From NCBI RefSeq assembly GCF_009914755.1, contig NC_060929.1: 64,000 nt of DNA. One strand, written 5' to 3'. A program made the position numbers and the translations under genes. The notes beneath the pieces were generated by a model, which ran no database searches, was not told the origin of the DNA, and saw nothing but the letters and a program-made list of their open reading frames with translations. Source of the DNA: the human T2T-CHM13v2.0 reference genome, Homo sapiens. Below, piece after piece: positions 1 through 14,904 of the stretch. Numbering within the stretch: the first letter of the stretch is position 1; every line of letters begins with the position of its first letter.

Positions 1-1060
1 GCTGTTTTGGAAAGTAATTAATTATTGACTCAATTTCTTCAACAGATAAAGGCCTATTCAGATTACCTATTTGTTTTTATGTCAATTTTGGAAGACTGTG
101 TCTTTCAGGGAATTAATTCATTTCATATAAATTATCAAATTTGTAAACAGGGAGTTGATCATATTATTTTATTATTCATTTAACGCTCATGAGAGCTATA
201 GTGATGTCTCCTCTTTCATTTCAATATTAGGAATCTGAGTGCTTTTTTTTCTATGTTAGCATAGCTAACGTAATTATCAATTTTACTCATCTTTTCAAAG
301 ACACATCTTTTGGTTTCCTTACCTATTTCTATGGATTTCCTGTTATCAATTTCATTGATCTCTGCCCTACTTTTCATTAACTCTTTTATTCTGCTTACTA
401 CGGATTTAAACTGTTCTTTTTCTAGTTTCCTAAGGTGGAAGCTTAGATGACTGATTTTTAGTCTTTTTTCTAATATATGCACTCAATACTATAAAATTCT
501 AAGCTTTCACTGCATCCCACAGATTTTGATAACTTGGGCTTTCATTTTCATTTAGTTACACCCACCCACACATGCACACATGTGCACACACACAGCGAAG
601 GAGGAGGGAGAGAAAGTCTCACACCGTCACTCAGGCTGAAATACAGTGACACAATCACAGCTTACTGCAGCCTTTGACCTCCCGGGCTCAGGTGATCCTC
701 CCACCTCAGCCTCTTGAGTAGCTGGGACTACAGACGCATGCCACAATGCCCAGCTAATGTTTTTTAATTTTTTTGTAGAGACAGGGTCTCCCTATGTTTC
801 CCAGGCTTGTCTCAAACTTCTGGGCTCAAGCAATCCTCCCACCTCAGCCTCCCAAAGTGTAGGGATTACAGACGTGAACCACTGTGCCCAGCCTCAAAAT
901 ATTTTTAAAATTTCTCTTGAGATTTCTTCTTTGATCCATGTGCTATTTAGAATTATGTTATGTAACCTTAAAGTATTTAGGAATTTTTCCAGCTTCTTTT
1001 TTTTTACTGATTTCTAGTTTATATCCACTGTGGTATGATTGGACATTGTATTAATTTCTA
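1..1060 (-). mobile_element. Old L1 (L1M-type) ORF2 fragment, interrupted by an Alu
   Basis: ORF 216..482 gives degenerate L1 ORF2 (KLEKEQ...KSRAEINEI). The T-rich L1 antisense sequence resumes after 893. Confidence 0.75.
612..893 (-). mobile_element. AluJ-type SINE
   Basis: Reverse-complement Alu (ctcagcctcccaaagtg...actgtgcccagcc). Confidence 0.9.
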
Positions 1061-1650
1061 GCCTTTCTTTTTTTATTGCTTTTATTTTTTTATTTTTCCA
1101 TAAGCTATTGTACAGGTGGTATTTGGTTACCTAAGTTCTTTAGTGGTGATTTGTGAGATTCTGGTGCACTCATCACCCAAGCAGTATATACTGCACCATA
1201 TTTGTAGTCTTCTATCCCTTGCCCCCCTCCCACTCGTCCCCCCAAGTCCCCAAAGTCCAATGCATCATTCTTATGCATTTGCGTCCTCATAGCTTAGCTC
1301 TTACATAACAGTGAGAACATATGATGTTTGGTTTTTCATCCTGAGTTACTTTGCTTAGAATAACAGTCTCCAATCTCATCCAAGTCACCGCAAATGCTGT
1401 TAATTCATTCCTTTATATGGCTGCATAGTATTCCATCATATATATATCAGTCACAGTTTCTTTATCCACTCGTTGAGTGATGGGCATTTGGGTTGGTTCC
1501 ACAATTTTGCAATTGTGAATTGTGCTGCTATAAACATCCATGTGCAAGTGTCTTTTTTAAATAATGACTTATTTTCCTCTGGGTAGATACCCAGTAGTGG
1601 GACTGCTGGATCAAATGGTAGTTCTACTTTTAGTTCTTTAAGAAATCTCC

Positions 1651-1834
1651 CCACCCCACAACAGGCCCCAGTGTGGGGAGGCGGGAGGGATAGCATTAGG
1701 AGATATACCTAACATTAAATGACGAGTTAATGGGTGCAGCACACCAACATGGCACATGTATACATATGTAACAAACCTGCACGTTGAGCACATGTACCCT
1801 AAAACTTAAAGTATAATAAAAAAAATAAAAGAAA
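1651..1834 (+). mobile_element. Short L1PA 3' end with a 5' inversion, nested in the L1PB
   Basis: Target-site duplication (TSD) aagaaatctcc at 1640-1650 and 1835-1845. L1PA 3' UTR plus A-tail; the first 24 nt are inverted. Confidence 0.9.
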
Positions 1835-2139
1835 AAGAAATCTCCACATTGTTTTCCATAGCAGCTGTACTAGTTTACATTCCCACCAGCAGTGTAGAAG
1901 TGTTCCCTGTTCATCATATCCATGCCAGCATCTACTGTTTTTTGATTTTTTTATTATGGCCATTCTTGCAGGAGGTGGTATCACAATGTGGTTTTGATTT
2001 GCATTTCTCTGATCATTTTATCATGTTTGTCGGGCATTTTTTCCTGTGTTGAGCATTTTTTCATATGTGTATTGACTATTTTGTATATCTTCTTTTGAGA
2101 ATTGTCTGTTCATGTTCTTAGCCCACTTTTTGATGGGAT

Positions 2140-2216
2140 TGTTTGTTTTTTTCTTGTTGATTTGTTTGAGTTCATTGTGTTTGTTTTTTTCTTGTTGATT
2201 TGTTTGAGTTCATTGT
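2140..2216. repeat. 38-bp perfect tandem duplication inside the L1
   Basis: gtttgtttttttcttgttgatttgtttgagttcattgt at 2141-2178 and 2179-2216. Confidence 0.9.
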
Positions 2217-4438
2217 AGATTCTGGATATTAGTCCTTTGTCAGATGTATAGATTGTGAAGATTTTCTCCCACTCTGTGGGCTGTTTACTCTGCTAACTGT
2301 TCCTTGTGCTGTGCAAAAGCTCTTTAGTTTAATTAGGTCCCAGCTATTTATCTTTGTTTTTGTAGTATTTGCTTTGGTTCTTGGTTATGAAATCCTTGCC
2401 TGAGCCAATGTCTAGAAGGGTTTTTCCAATGTTATCTCCCAGAATTTTTCTAGTTTCAGGTCTTAGGTTTAAAGTCCTTAATCCACATTGAGTTGATTTT
2501 TGTATAAGGTGAGAGATGAGGATCCAGTTTCATTCTCCTGTATGTGGCTTGCCAATTATCCCAGTACTAGTTGTTGAAAAGGGTGTCCTTTCCCCACTTT
2601 TATATTTTTGTTTGCTTTATCAAAGATCAGTTGGCTGTAAGTATTTGGGTTTATTTCTGGGTTCTCTATTCTGTTCCATTGGTCTATATCCCTATTTTTG
2701 TACCAGTACCATGCTGTTTTGGTGACTATAAGCACTATAGTATAGTTTGAAATCAGGTAGTGTGATGCCTCCAGATTTATTCTTTTTGCTTAGTCTTGCT
2801 TTGGCTACATGGGCTCTTTTTTGGTTCCAAGTGAATTTTAGAATTGTTTTATCTAATTCTGTGAAGAATGAGAAAGGAATGGTTATGTCCTTTCCTGGTT
2901 TTGGTATTAGGTCGTATTTTGACAGGGACTGCATTGAATTTGTAGATTGCTTTTGGCAGTATGGTTATTTTCACAATATTGATTCTACCCATCCATGAGC
3001 ATGGGATGTGTTTCCATTTGTTCGTGTCATCTATGATTTCTTTCAGCAGTGTTTTGTAGTTTTCCTTGTAGAGGTCTTTTGACTCCTTGATTAGGTATAT
3101 TCCTAAGTATGTTATTTTTTTGCAGCTATTGTAAAAGAGGTTGAGTTCTTGATGTGATTCTCCTCCTGGTCACTGTTGGTTTACAGAAGAGCTACTGATT
3201 TGTGTACATTAATCAAAAGGAAATGCTATAAACAGGCCTTCAAGAAGGGAAGCGTTCTATAGTTCCATGACTAGGTCTGAGTCTTTTAGTGAGCCTATAC
3301 CTCTAGACTTCACAAGTACTTCTCAGTTCTTCCTCACCCCTTTATGCGTGACCAAATGGATGAGGGGGCTGGAGTTGTGTATTTCCCTTCCCCAGGTCAG
3401 TCAGGTTCTATAAAATCTCAGCACTTTAGGCTCTGGCTAAGCAGTTTCTACTGAAGGTAGACCTTATCAAGAAGTACAGAATAACCTAGTATAGTTTTAA
3501 AAGTTTCTTTTCCCTTCCCGCTGCTGGAAACACAAGGAGATTTTTCTGGGATAATCACTGAGAGAATCTGGTAGAGCTCTTGCAGGTAAAACTCACAAAA
3601 GTGTGGTGGGGAGCCTGATGACTGGGTCCTCCTCAGTTTATATTTCTCAGACTTGTCCCACACTGAGCCTCCAGCAATTTTTCAATTACGGTTCAGGTTA
3701 CCCTACCCAGGCACTGGTTCTCCCGGATGTTTCTGCTCCAGTGAGTTATGATTCTCTGTATTTGCCTGTCTCTCCAATTTGTGGGGCAGCAGCTTCTCCT
3801 GTGACCTCACTTCTCTTATGAATCTAAGTAGAATGGTTGATTTTTCAGTTTGTTCAGATTTTTACTTGTTGTCAGGACAAGTAGCAACTTCTTACGTACC
3901 AAACCCACTCCCTTCTTTTAATCTTTCCAGTGTTCCCAAGTTAACAATATTGTTGATATTTAATGGGAGATGAGAATGTTTTCAAAGATTGAACTATTTA
4001 AAATAGACTCTGTGCACCTATTTCTTGACATGTACAATACTATCATAATTTGTAGTGACTCTACAGTTTACTGCAAGTGAACAAGATTTTATAAATGAGG
4101 TAGACACTGAAATATAATATCTACAATAGCAAAGCTTGCTTTTAACTTCTGACCTAATGGAACCTGAGTTATTTTTTAAAGTGATTAGTGATCAAGGATT
4201 GGTGCAGAATAGAGCAAAAAAAAGGTTTCCAACCACTGGTCTAGATAATCTCTTCAAAGCGCACTTCTGCTCTACTATTCTATGTCTTATTAAGTCAAAT
4301 GGATGTGCCACAATTAAGAGAATTCTTTAGAAAACACATCTAGTGTAAATGAATTCCAAGCCCACAGCCAGACTATGCTTTGACAAAGTTGTTATAAACC
4401 ATTCTTAACTATTCCTTAAAGAAAAACTACCAGTATTA

Positions 4439-4914
4439 TTGCAGCACTATTCACAATAGCAAAGACTTGGAACCAACCCAAATGTCCAACAATGATAGAC
4501 TGGATTAAGAAAATGGAATACTATGCAGCCATAAAAAATGATGAGTTCATGTCCTTTGCAGGGACATGGATGAAGCTGGAAACCATCATTCTCAGCAAAC
4601 TATCGCAAGGACAAAAAACCAAACACCGCATGTTCTCACTCATAGGTGGGAATTGAACAATGAGAACACTTGGACACAGGAAGGGGAACATTACACACTG
4701 GGGCCTGTTGTGGGGTTGGGGGAGGGGGGAGGGATAGCATTAGGAGATATACCTAATGTTAAACGAAGAGTTAATGGGTGCAGCACACCAACATGGCACA
4801 TGTATACATATGTAACAAACCTGCACGTTGTGCACATGTACCCTAAAACTTAAAGTATAATAAAAAATAAATAAATAAATAAATAATAAAATAAAACGAT
4901 ATATTGATAGAAAA
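4439..4914 (+). mobile_element. 5'-truncated L1PA 3' end
   Basis: L1PA 3' UTR. 21-bp TSD aaagaaaaac(t/c)accagtatta at 4418-4438 and 4915-4935. Confidence 0.93.
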
Positions 4915-4935
4915 AAAGAAAAACCACCAGTATTA

Positions 4936-5330
<395 letters not shown>

Positions 5331-5892
5331 AAAATAGAGTTCCGTGGTCAAATAAGTTTTGGAACTTGGGAAACACTGGGTGTCTGTCTCTATTGTAGGC
5401 ATTCTCAGAGCCTTTATATGCTACTGTATCCTGTGAATTTCTAAGCTGGAGACACAGCATGCAGTGTTATCTAAACTTCCTTGGAGGGCATTATTATTCT
5501 CTGCCTAGAATGCCTGCCAACATCCTCTAGATTCACATCCACAGAATATCTTTTGGCAAACACTGCCATACATATAGGAAACCAACAGAACAGTTTCTTA
5601 TATTCTATAATTCAGAGTGCGTTTGACCTAGGTAGCTGAATTACTAAAATTCCACTATTTCACTTTTTAAAAAACAAACAAAAAATAAAAATTAAAAAAA
5701 AAAGCAGAAAAGCTTTATTTCACCCAAAATAGAACAATAACAGAAAACAGGGCCAAGATGGAGAAAGCCCACTACAATCTATCTCTCCAGTTGATTATAA
5801 CTAAACACTCCTGATAAAAACTAGTTAAGAACTCTGAAAAGTAAGGGGAAAGAGGGGACAACAGGTAGATGTGGCAAGGGGTCAAAATGTGA

Positions 5893-6246
<354 letters not shown>

Positions 6247-7535
6247 TTTTTCTCTTTTCTTCCTTCTGTGGCTTTTGCTCAAAGGCAGGCCCTTGACCAG
6301 GAAGCTATACAGTGAAATAGCAAAACATGCAGCTAAAATTCTGAAAGAAATCCCTCTAGGCAGAGGGGCTGGAAAAAAAGAGATCCCTGGGGGTTTCTTT
6401 TCTCTCTTCTCTCACAGGGCTCATGGCTCCAGTCATGACGACACACTGCAGAACAATGGAAAAGATAAAAAAATTCCAAGAGTGACCCAATTTTTCTGGC
6501 CAGAGGAAAAGGAAAAAAGTGTCCTTATGGGCTGAAGAGACTTAGGGAAATCCAAGAGGAAAGAACTGGAAATAAAAGAACCCAAACAACACATGACTTG
6601 GGCTTACCCTTGAGCTGTATATGCGCAGAACAGACTGAACCAGCACAGCAAAGGCTGTCTCAATGAGCTGATATTTAAAGCACTGCTGAAGCCTCAGATT
6701 AACCTCTAAGTAGTGAAAGCCCATGACAGACGCAAAGTGGCATATTGCAAAGGCTTTGAACAGTGGAAAAGAGATTAGAGCCATCCCCGCAACCCCTCTG
6801 ATGATGTCAAGACAGAACTTGTGTTCTGAACCCAACTAAGTTGACTAACTGCTTAAAAACACACTTACCCAAAAACATTGTCCAGAGGATTATAACAGGA
6901 CCCACAGTCTTTACAACATAATATCCACAATGCCCAAAATACTAGTTTAAATTACCTGGCATACAAAAATCAAGAAAGATGAACAATCTCAGGGGACTGG
7001 ACAATCAACAGATGTCAAGCTGGAGGTTACCCAGATGCTGACATGGTTAAAGATGTTAAGCACCTACTCTATACTCCACAGGATAAAGATAAACGTGCTT
7101 GAGGTAAATAAAAAAGAGAGAATTCTCAGCAGAGAAATAGAAACTGTAAAATATCATACCTGAAATTAAAAACTCACTTGATGGGGCGGAGGGTAACAGG
7201 AGAATAGAGATGAAGAGATGAAAAATTCAGTCAACTTGAAGATAGGCCAATAGAAATTATCCAGAAAAGGGAGGAACAAAGATTGAAAACAATGTGGAAC
7301 AATATCAAAAGATATAGTATTTATGTGATTAGAGTCTCAGAAGGAAAGGAGAAATTGGTACAGAAAAAAATATTTGAAAAAATAATGGCTGAAGACTTCT
7401 GAAATGTAATGAATGAAAGACGTAAATTTACACATTCATGAAGCTCAGAGAAAGGCTTCTTGGATATAATATCGAAAGCATGATCCATAAAAGAAAAAAC
7501 TGGTAAGTTGGACTTCATCAAAATTAAAATCTTCT

Positions 7536-8200
<665 letters not shown>

Positions 8201-8531
8201 AGAAAATGAAAAGACAACTCACTAATTGGGAAAAATATATGCAAAACATATCTAGCAAAGGACGTATCTAGACTACATAAAGAACTCTAAAAACTCAGTA
8301 ATAAAAAAACAAAGAACCCATTTTAAAATGGGTAAAAGATCTGAAAAGAAACTTCACCACAGAATATAGAGATGGCAGGTAAGCACATAAAAAGATGCTC
8401 ACTATCATCACTGGGGAAATGTGAATTTAAAGCAAAATGAGGTATGTTCACATACCTATTAGAATGGCTAGTATCAAAAAAAACTGAGATGATCAAGGGC
8501 TGACAAGGATACAGAACAAAAGCAACTCTCA

Positions 8532-8790
8532 GGCCAGGTGTGGTGGCTGCTCACGCCCGTAATCCCCGCACTTTGGGGCAGGCGCATTACTTGAGGTCAA
8601 GAGCTCAAGACCAGCCTGGGCAACACGGCAAAACACCATCTCTACTAAAAACAAAAAAATTAGCTGGGCGTGGTGCCACATGCCTGTAGTCCCAGCTACT
8701 CAGGAGGCTGAGGTAGGACGGCAGGAGAATTGCTTGAACCCAGGAGGCAGGTGACAGAGAGAGACTCCGTCTCAAAAAAAAAAAAAAAAA
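8532..8790 (+). mobile_element. Alu with internal deletions
   Basis: The right arm jumps from ggaggcag directly to gtgacagagagagactcc. Confidence 0.88.
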
Positions 8791-9753
8791 ACTCTCATCA
8801 CTGTAGATGGGAATGTGAAATGGTACAGGCACTTTGGAGAACAGCTGGGCAGTTTCTTAGCAGGTGAAACATACACTTACCATATGAGCCAGTAACCCCA
8901 CTCCTCAGTTTTCACGCAATGAACTAAAAATTTATGTTCCCCAAAAAACCTACAGGTATATAATTATGGTAGCTTTATTCATAATTGTCAGAAACTGGAA
9001 ACAACACAAACATCCTTCAACAGGTGAATGGGTAAGCACAGGAAAGAGGCAGAAAAGCCCAGGATAAGAAACGGGCAGGACAAGGGAATTGGGGGAATGA
9101 GAGAGCTGCTCCATATCGTGATTTTTGTAACAGTTATACATGTCTGTGTGTTTATCAAAATTCACAGAATTATACAACAAAAGAGCAAACTTCCCTGTTT
9201 GTAAGTTATAATGTTTTTTTACAAAGTTTAAAAAACATGTTTTCTTAAATATGAGGACATAAGATACAAACAATGTAAAATAAAATCAGATCAGATCAGC
9301 CATCAAACAGATTAAACATGGAAAAATAATCCAGTTTATCTACTACTGAAAAGTTAATGAAAACAATATAAGTTGCTCTATCATTCTGTGGTATTATTAT
9401 TTGAGTCCTTCTCAGGAACCATAAAAGGTAACACCTTTGGTTTATAAACTACCAATACCAGCTGGCAAAGTAATCAAGAGCCCTGTGATACTGGGATATT
9501 TTCTATTTACACCTAATACAGAATATAGAATGTGAATGTGCTTAGAGAAGGATAAGAAGTGAGACAATCCAGGGTCTTGTATTAGTTTCGGGGAAATGCT
9601 CTGGCTCTAGTTCTTTAGAACTACACTGAGAGCTGCCAAGATTGAGTGGAAGAGATAAAAACCAATCTAGAGTAAATGGAAAGATTGTCACATCTAGTGT
9701 CTAACACATAGCCACGATTCTAAAAATAATACATAAAAAATTCAGTCATTCAC

Positions 9754-9891
9754 CTTAATAGAATTATCTCGTAGGCCACTGATAATTTTTTCATCATCGT
9801 ACTGTAAACAGTAGACACCTTTACTATTTTCAGAGCGGCACTGAATCCTCTGCAAGTTGTGTCGTCCACACCGCCAGTTAGATTCTATAGT
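9754..9891 (-). CDS. FBXW11: FBXW11 exon (138 nt), entry into the first WD40 repeat, [46 protein letters not shown]
   Basis: Hand translation: ttttttccctag|ACT ATA GAA...ATT AAG|gtgaat, 46 codons. Confidence 0.96.
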
Positions 9892-10424
9892 CTAGGGAAA
9901 AAAGGAGGCAAGAGATGAGTTTTTATGAATCAACTTACTCTATTAGGTTTCAGACTTTGGCGTTGCTTCCAGAAACAGCATACCACCGATACCCCAATCT
10001 TGGTTTGCATAACTGTCTGTGGATAGGATCATGCTCTTTTCCAAGTAAGACATTAACCCAACAATGTTTTTTCTTAAACTTTCCCTGCCCATTTGGCAAC
10101 CGTCATAGGATTTCCAATGAGTTTTGGACTGGGCTTGAAAAAACTGGCCTAGACAGAATTCAGTATGTTTAAAGAATGCCGTTTGCACCCAAAACATGCA
10201 AATAAATAGTAACTCATTGGGTCGCTCCCTAATGCCAATTAAAAAACCATCATTAAGCATATATTGACAATCTACATATCCAAACAAAGAATTGTCTTGA
10301 TCACTGAGGAAAGATAGTGAGCAACTACTATAAGCCAACTACATAGGAAGAATTTTATCATTTTTAACCTTCCTAATGTTTCTGTAGAGTAAAAATGGTA
10401 CATTTTAGCCCTAGATTCTTATTC

Positions 10425-10760
10425 CTCTTATCATTCATGCAACATTTGCTGAGATGTTAATATATTCCACATAGTGTGCTAGGCACTGAGGATAAAAAGA
10501 TCAACAGGAGACATACTGCATTCAGGGAGGCACCACTCCAATATCTAGGCCCATGGTGTCTGGATCTAGAGAGACACTAAACTAAGTGTATTTGGTTAAA
10601 TGATCCATACAATAACCTTGGAAGGAAGGAAGTACTTATTATTTCCTTTTTACAAACAAGAAAACAGAGCTTAATTTGCCTGCAGCCACAAAATCAGTAA
10701 TCGGACTAGCTGGAAATCACACTCAGTTCTTTCCGACTCCAAACCCATGCTTTTGCTACT
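10425..10760. mobile_element. L2 and MIR fragments
   Basis: cattcatgcaacatttgctgag...gtgctaggcactgagg (L2-like) and acaataacctt...gaaaacagag (MIR-like). Confidence 0.55.
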
Positions 10761-11707
10761 AACATATTCAATGCCCACAAAGCAGGATGGGCCTGCCTCT
10801 TGCGGCAGTGCACACAGAACGTAAGAAGATCAGTAACAATTCCAAAAGTGCCAAATGAGTGATAAAAATTCTAAGTGCTGCAGGACTTAAGGGAGATAAT
10901 GAGCTCTATAGCCTGAGACACTGGGACAAGTTTAGTGAAGAAGTAGGTCATACCCAGAGCACCAGAAGACCTAACCTCTGGTAGTAGACATAAGTGATTT
11001 TTTAAGGCTCAAAAGATACAATGTCTCTACTAAGAGTAACTAAAGTCTGAATTCTTGATCCTTGAAATTAGGGGACAACAGGGATTTCCATAACCTGTTA
11101 CACTTCAGTTCAGGATATAGTTTCTCTCTGAGTAGCTAATTATTTCTGTACAGCTAAAAGTCTAATTATTTGCTTTGTTGAAGGAGTACTTAATTACTGG
11201 CTCTGCTGACATCTAACAAACTGTATTTCTTCTTATTTTGAAGATAGTATCCTTCTGTGCACTCTAAAATGTTACAATTTACTGAAAGCTACGTGCCAGG
11301 CACTATGCTTTTCTAACACTATACCACTCACTTTATATGTTTTGTAGCTAATTTAATCGTGACTCTGAAGCAGGAATCATTGTTCGCATTTTATAGAAAA
11401 GGAAATGGAGGGTTGGAGATATCGATACACGTATACTTAAAAAGCGATTATTTCCATCATTTGTGGCCCCAGTGCTCAGCAAGAGTCCTGGAAATACGGT
11501 ATCTTCCCTCAAGGAGCTCCCATACACATCCTGAGGGCAGGATGGTATATTTCCAATGCTCAGGAGATACAAGGAGGTGCCATGGAGATGCCAGGAGAGG
11601 GGAAATACTCATTTGTCCATCTGCCACCAAATCAGAACTTCCTAGCCTGGGTCATCATCTCTAGTGACTTGGTAAAATATTAGACATACAAAAGCACACT
11701 TCAAAAC

Positions 11708-11708
<1 letters not shown>

Positions 11709-11745
<37 letters not shown>
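11709..11745. repeat. Poly(A)37 mononucleotide tract
   Basis: Counted directly. Confidence 0.9.
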
Positions 11746-11747
<2 letters not shown>

Positions 11748-14700
11748 AACCCAACCATCTCTGCTACCTCTATCAAAGTAGACAACAGATCTGTCCGGAT
11801 AAGCGACTTTTTAAAAAGAGGTCCAGAATACAGGCATTTCTTAAGCAGAACTCAACGCATGGAATCATTTAGAGAAACAATGTATTTTTAGATAGTGACT
11901 GTGCCATCTCAGCATGCTAAGCACTCCAGGAAAATGCTGATTTAGTAGGCAGATGTACTGGTAACAAGTCTAATTTGTGGCCAGTGACTCTTGGCAGTAG
12001 TTACCAATGTTCACGTTATACCCTCTGGGGGCCCACAGAGTTGCTACAGAATGTATGATGTCATATTACAAGTATGACAGAGATGAATACATAATATATC
12101 TTTACATATATGTCAAGTGTTATCAAGCTGTTCTTAGGTTTAAGAGGTATACAATTGCTTTAAAATGACACTGAAGCAGTAAGTAGCTTTGTTATGCTCT
12201 ATATTTCAATGACTAGAAAAAGCACATTTACTACCGCATGAGAGTCTGAGGGGGAAACAATTATTTTAATTTAAAAGAGGGGATGGGGGGGAATCTCTAT
12301 ACCAAAAAGAATTTTCTCCATGCTCTCCCGCTGCTCTAAAATGTTTCCTAGAAGTGGGTGATGTGGTTACAATCTTTAACTGTACCCAAAACCCTGAAGA
12401 CGCAGCAGAGAAGACTACACAGAGGAGCCAGGGTCAGGTACATACTCAGCCTGTGATACATCAGTCCCCTGAGATGTCTGGACAGAGGACGACAACAACA
12501 TTAAAGGCTGGGCTATACCCTCTATCCCCAACCCTCAAGTAAGAGCTAGGGAACAGGACCTCTCAAAAGCTCTGCTAGATACCAGACTTTCATTCTAAGT
12601 TGAACAGAAGTTAGCAAATGGCTTAGCTTCTCAACACTTATAAAAAGCCTACTTTTCTCAAATAAGTTTCTGCATTTTAAAAGAAATAGTTTGTCAACCA
12701 ATTCTTGATGTGTCATTTTACAAAGTCCTCGCCTAGGCCTGTTTTAGAATCATTAGTTTCTTGAATCCCAAAGTGCAGCTTGCTTTGAAAAGCCACGAAA
12801 GAGACACGGAGCCAGATGAGGGAGTTGACTGCTTTGCTGCGCACCAATCCTGGGTAACTCCTCTTCTCAATTCCCAAGGCCACCGGCACAAGAAAGCAGC
12901 ACTTCCTGTCAACTACGCCGGCCTAAAAAACTGCCCCCATGATGTCTGACAACCTTGACTCTTACTTGAATGCTTATAACCCAGGTCTTTTTTTTTTTTT
13001 TTTTCTAGAAAAACCAGACCTTTAAAACTGGCAGGTAGCCCACTGTGGTAGAAAATACCTAGGTCAAGTAGTAACTTTGGCAAAGGACTCGCTGCTGTAA
13101 AGATGGGAAGAGTAATATCTACTCCCTCAAAACCACTGTAAGGTTCAAATGAGATTATGTATATAAGTTCTCATTATGGTGCCAGCAAATGGTAGCAGTT
13201 ATGTTCTTCTTCAGTTGTTGAAAACGTTAACCAAAAAAAAGTGGGCTGCAACAACAAATACATATATTCTCACAAAGTTGCCAGAAATTGTTGTCTCAGT
13301 CTAGGCTGATATTTAATGCTAATAAGCCTGAGCCTTCCCTAACCATTCCCAGGAAGAGGCTCAGCCTTCAAATGGAATCCAACTATTACCTTAATGCCAG
13401 CAGCAGGAACAGAGGTCATACACAGGTGCACCTCTTTATATGGATACCTATCATTTCACTTAGCCATCATGTGGTATGGCTACTGTAGAGGAATATTTCA
13501 TGTTTTTGAGAACTTGTAAAATCCCCTTACCCTGCGCAAATTTTCAAAATACTGGGAAAGTAGCCATGATACACAGAGTATACAGCGGCATTTAAATTGG
13601 CAATAGAGTGAAAACAGATGTCTGAGTATGGAGGAATAACATTATTTTTAGAAGCCTAAACACAACTGGGTGGGTGGGCAAGTTTTGACATTTTCTGGTC
13701 AGGACAATGTTAATATCAGGTTTGCAAACCACAAAAAAGCTCCCCACTTTCCCTGAATAAAATGTGGCTTATTAAAAGGTGTGATACAACACACCATCAT
13801 CTTCCCAGTGTCTGTCCAAGAAGAGCACTTCGGAGGCGTTAATGCAATGAATGAAGAGAGGAAGAAGGTAGATTACTTGAAGGAGTTTGTCACTACTCAA
13901 ATGGCAAAAGAGAAAAATCCAAGTTCAGAATACCAGAACTCTAGGGCTGTTATAACAACTCCTATCTCTCTGTTAATAGACAATTGGGGGCACGCTAGAG
14001 TGAAAGCAGCATGGGCTTTGAAGTAAGAATCTCAGCTTTGACAATTCGAGGATTAAATTAAATCACTTGTAGCAAAGTATCCAGCAGTCAGCCCACCATT
14101 AATGGTAACAACAACAATAATAACAGCAACAACTAAGACTCTAGACAGCAAAGGAGAATATGGCTGCTTCTTTTAGGAGCGAGCCTCAGGTTTTCTAGGA
14201 ATTCCTTCTCAATTCAGAGGCCCTCTAAACCCTCTCTATGTGTGGCAAGAACACCCAGGCGAGATGAGCCTTTGCAGAAAGCTTACAATACTTATTTATT
14301 CTCCCCAGACTCCATTTCTCACATCCTCATTTCCTGAATAACAGGAGTTGGCTGCACTAAGCCAGGTTCTCTATTTTCCCTTAAAATTAAGCCAATTTTC
14401 GGTGGGTCAATGTAGAAGCGCAGATTCAGAGATGAACATTTCCTTTCTCCTCATCAGAGCCAAATCTGGGAACGTACAGATTACAGGAGCTGGCACATAA
14501 GCCAAGCTGTCGAGGTGGAGGAAGAAGGAAAAAAAGAAAAAGGTGTTGTGAACTGGCAACCTTGCAAAGTCTAAGGGAAACAACACAAGAGACTCTGAAG
14601 CTATGTACAGGCAACTGGGGAGGGAGGGGGGACATAAACAGCCACTTGACATTCCAAGTGTCATTTATCTTTCTGCAATGTGCTTAAAACCCTACTACTT

Positions 14701-14904
14701 TCCCATAACTGGACTAAAACAGGGCCCACTAATCAGATCTTAACTCATACCCTTTTTTCAACGAACAGTCAAGGACACTGCGTATTCACACAATTAGAGA
14801 AAGAGGCAAAGGCCACCTTGAAATTCAGCAGGCATAAAACATGCCTCTTTCTCCCTCACTTCCTGAATTTTCCACTCTGAAAATGACAAACAACAACTCT
14901 CAGC

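Larger units (their letters stand above)
1065..3214 (-). mobile_element. 5'-truncated L1PB-type LINE (3' UTR and ORF2 C-terminal part)
   Basis: Poly-T start and L1PB-like 3' UTR. ORFs 1451..1696 (LKELKVELPFDPAVPLLGIYP) and 2692..2934 ([12 protein letters not shown]...[12 protein letters not shown]) are L1 ORF2. Confidence 0.9.
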
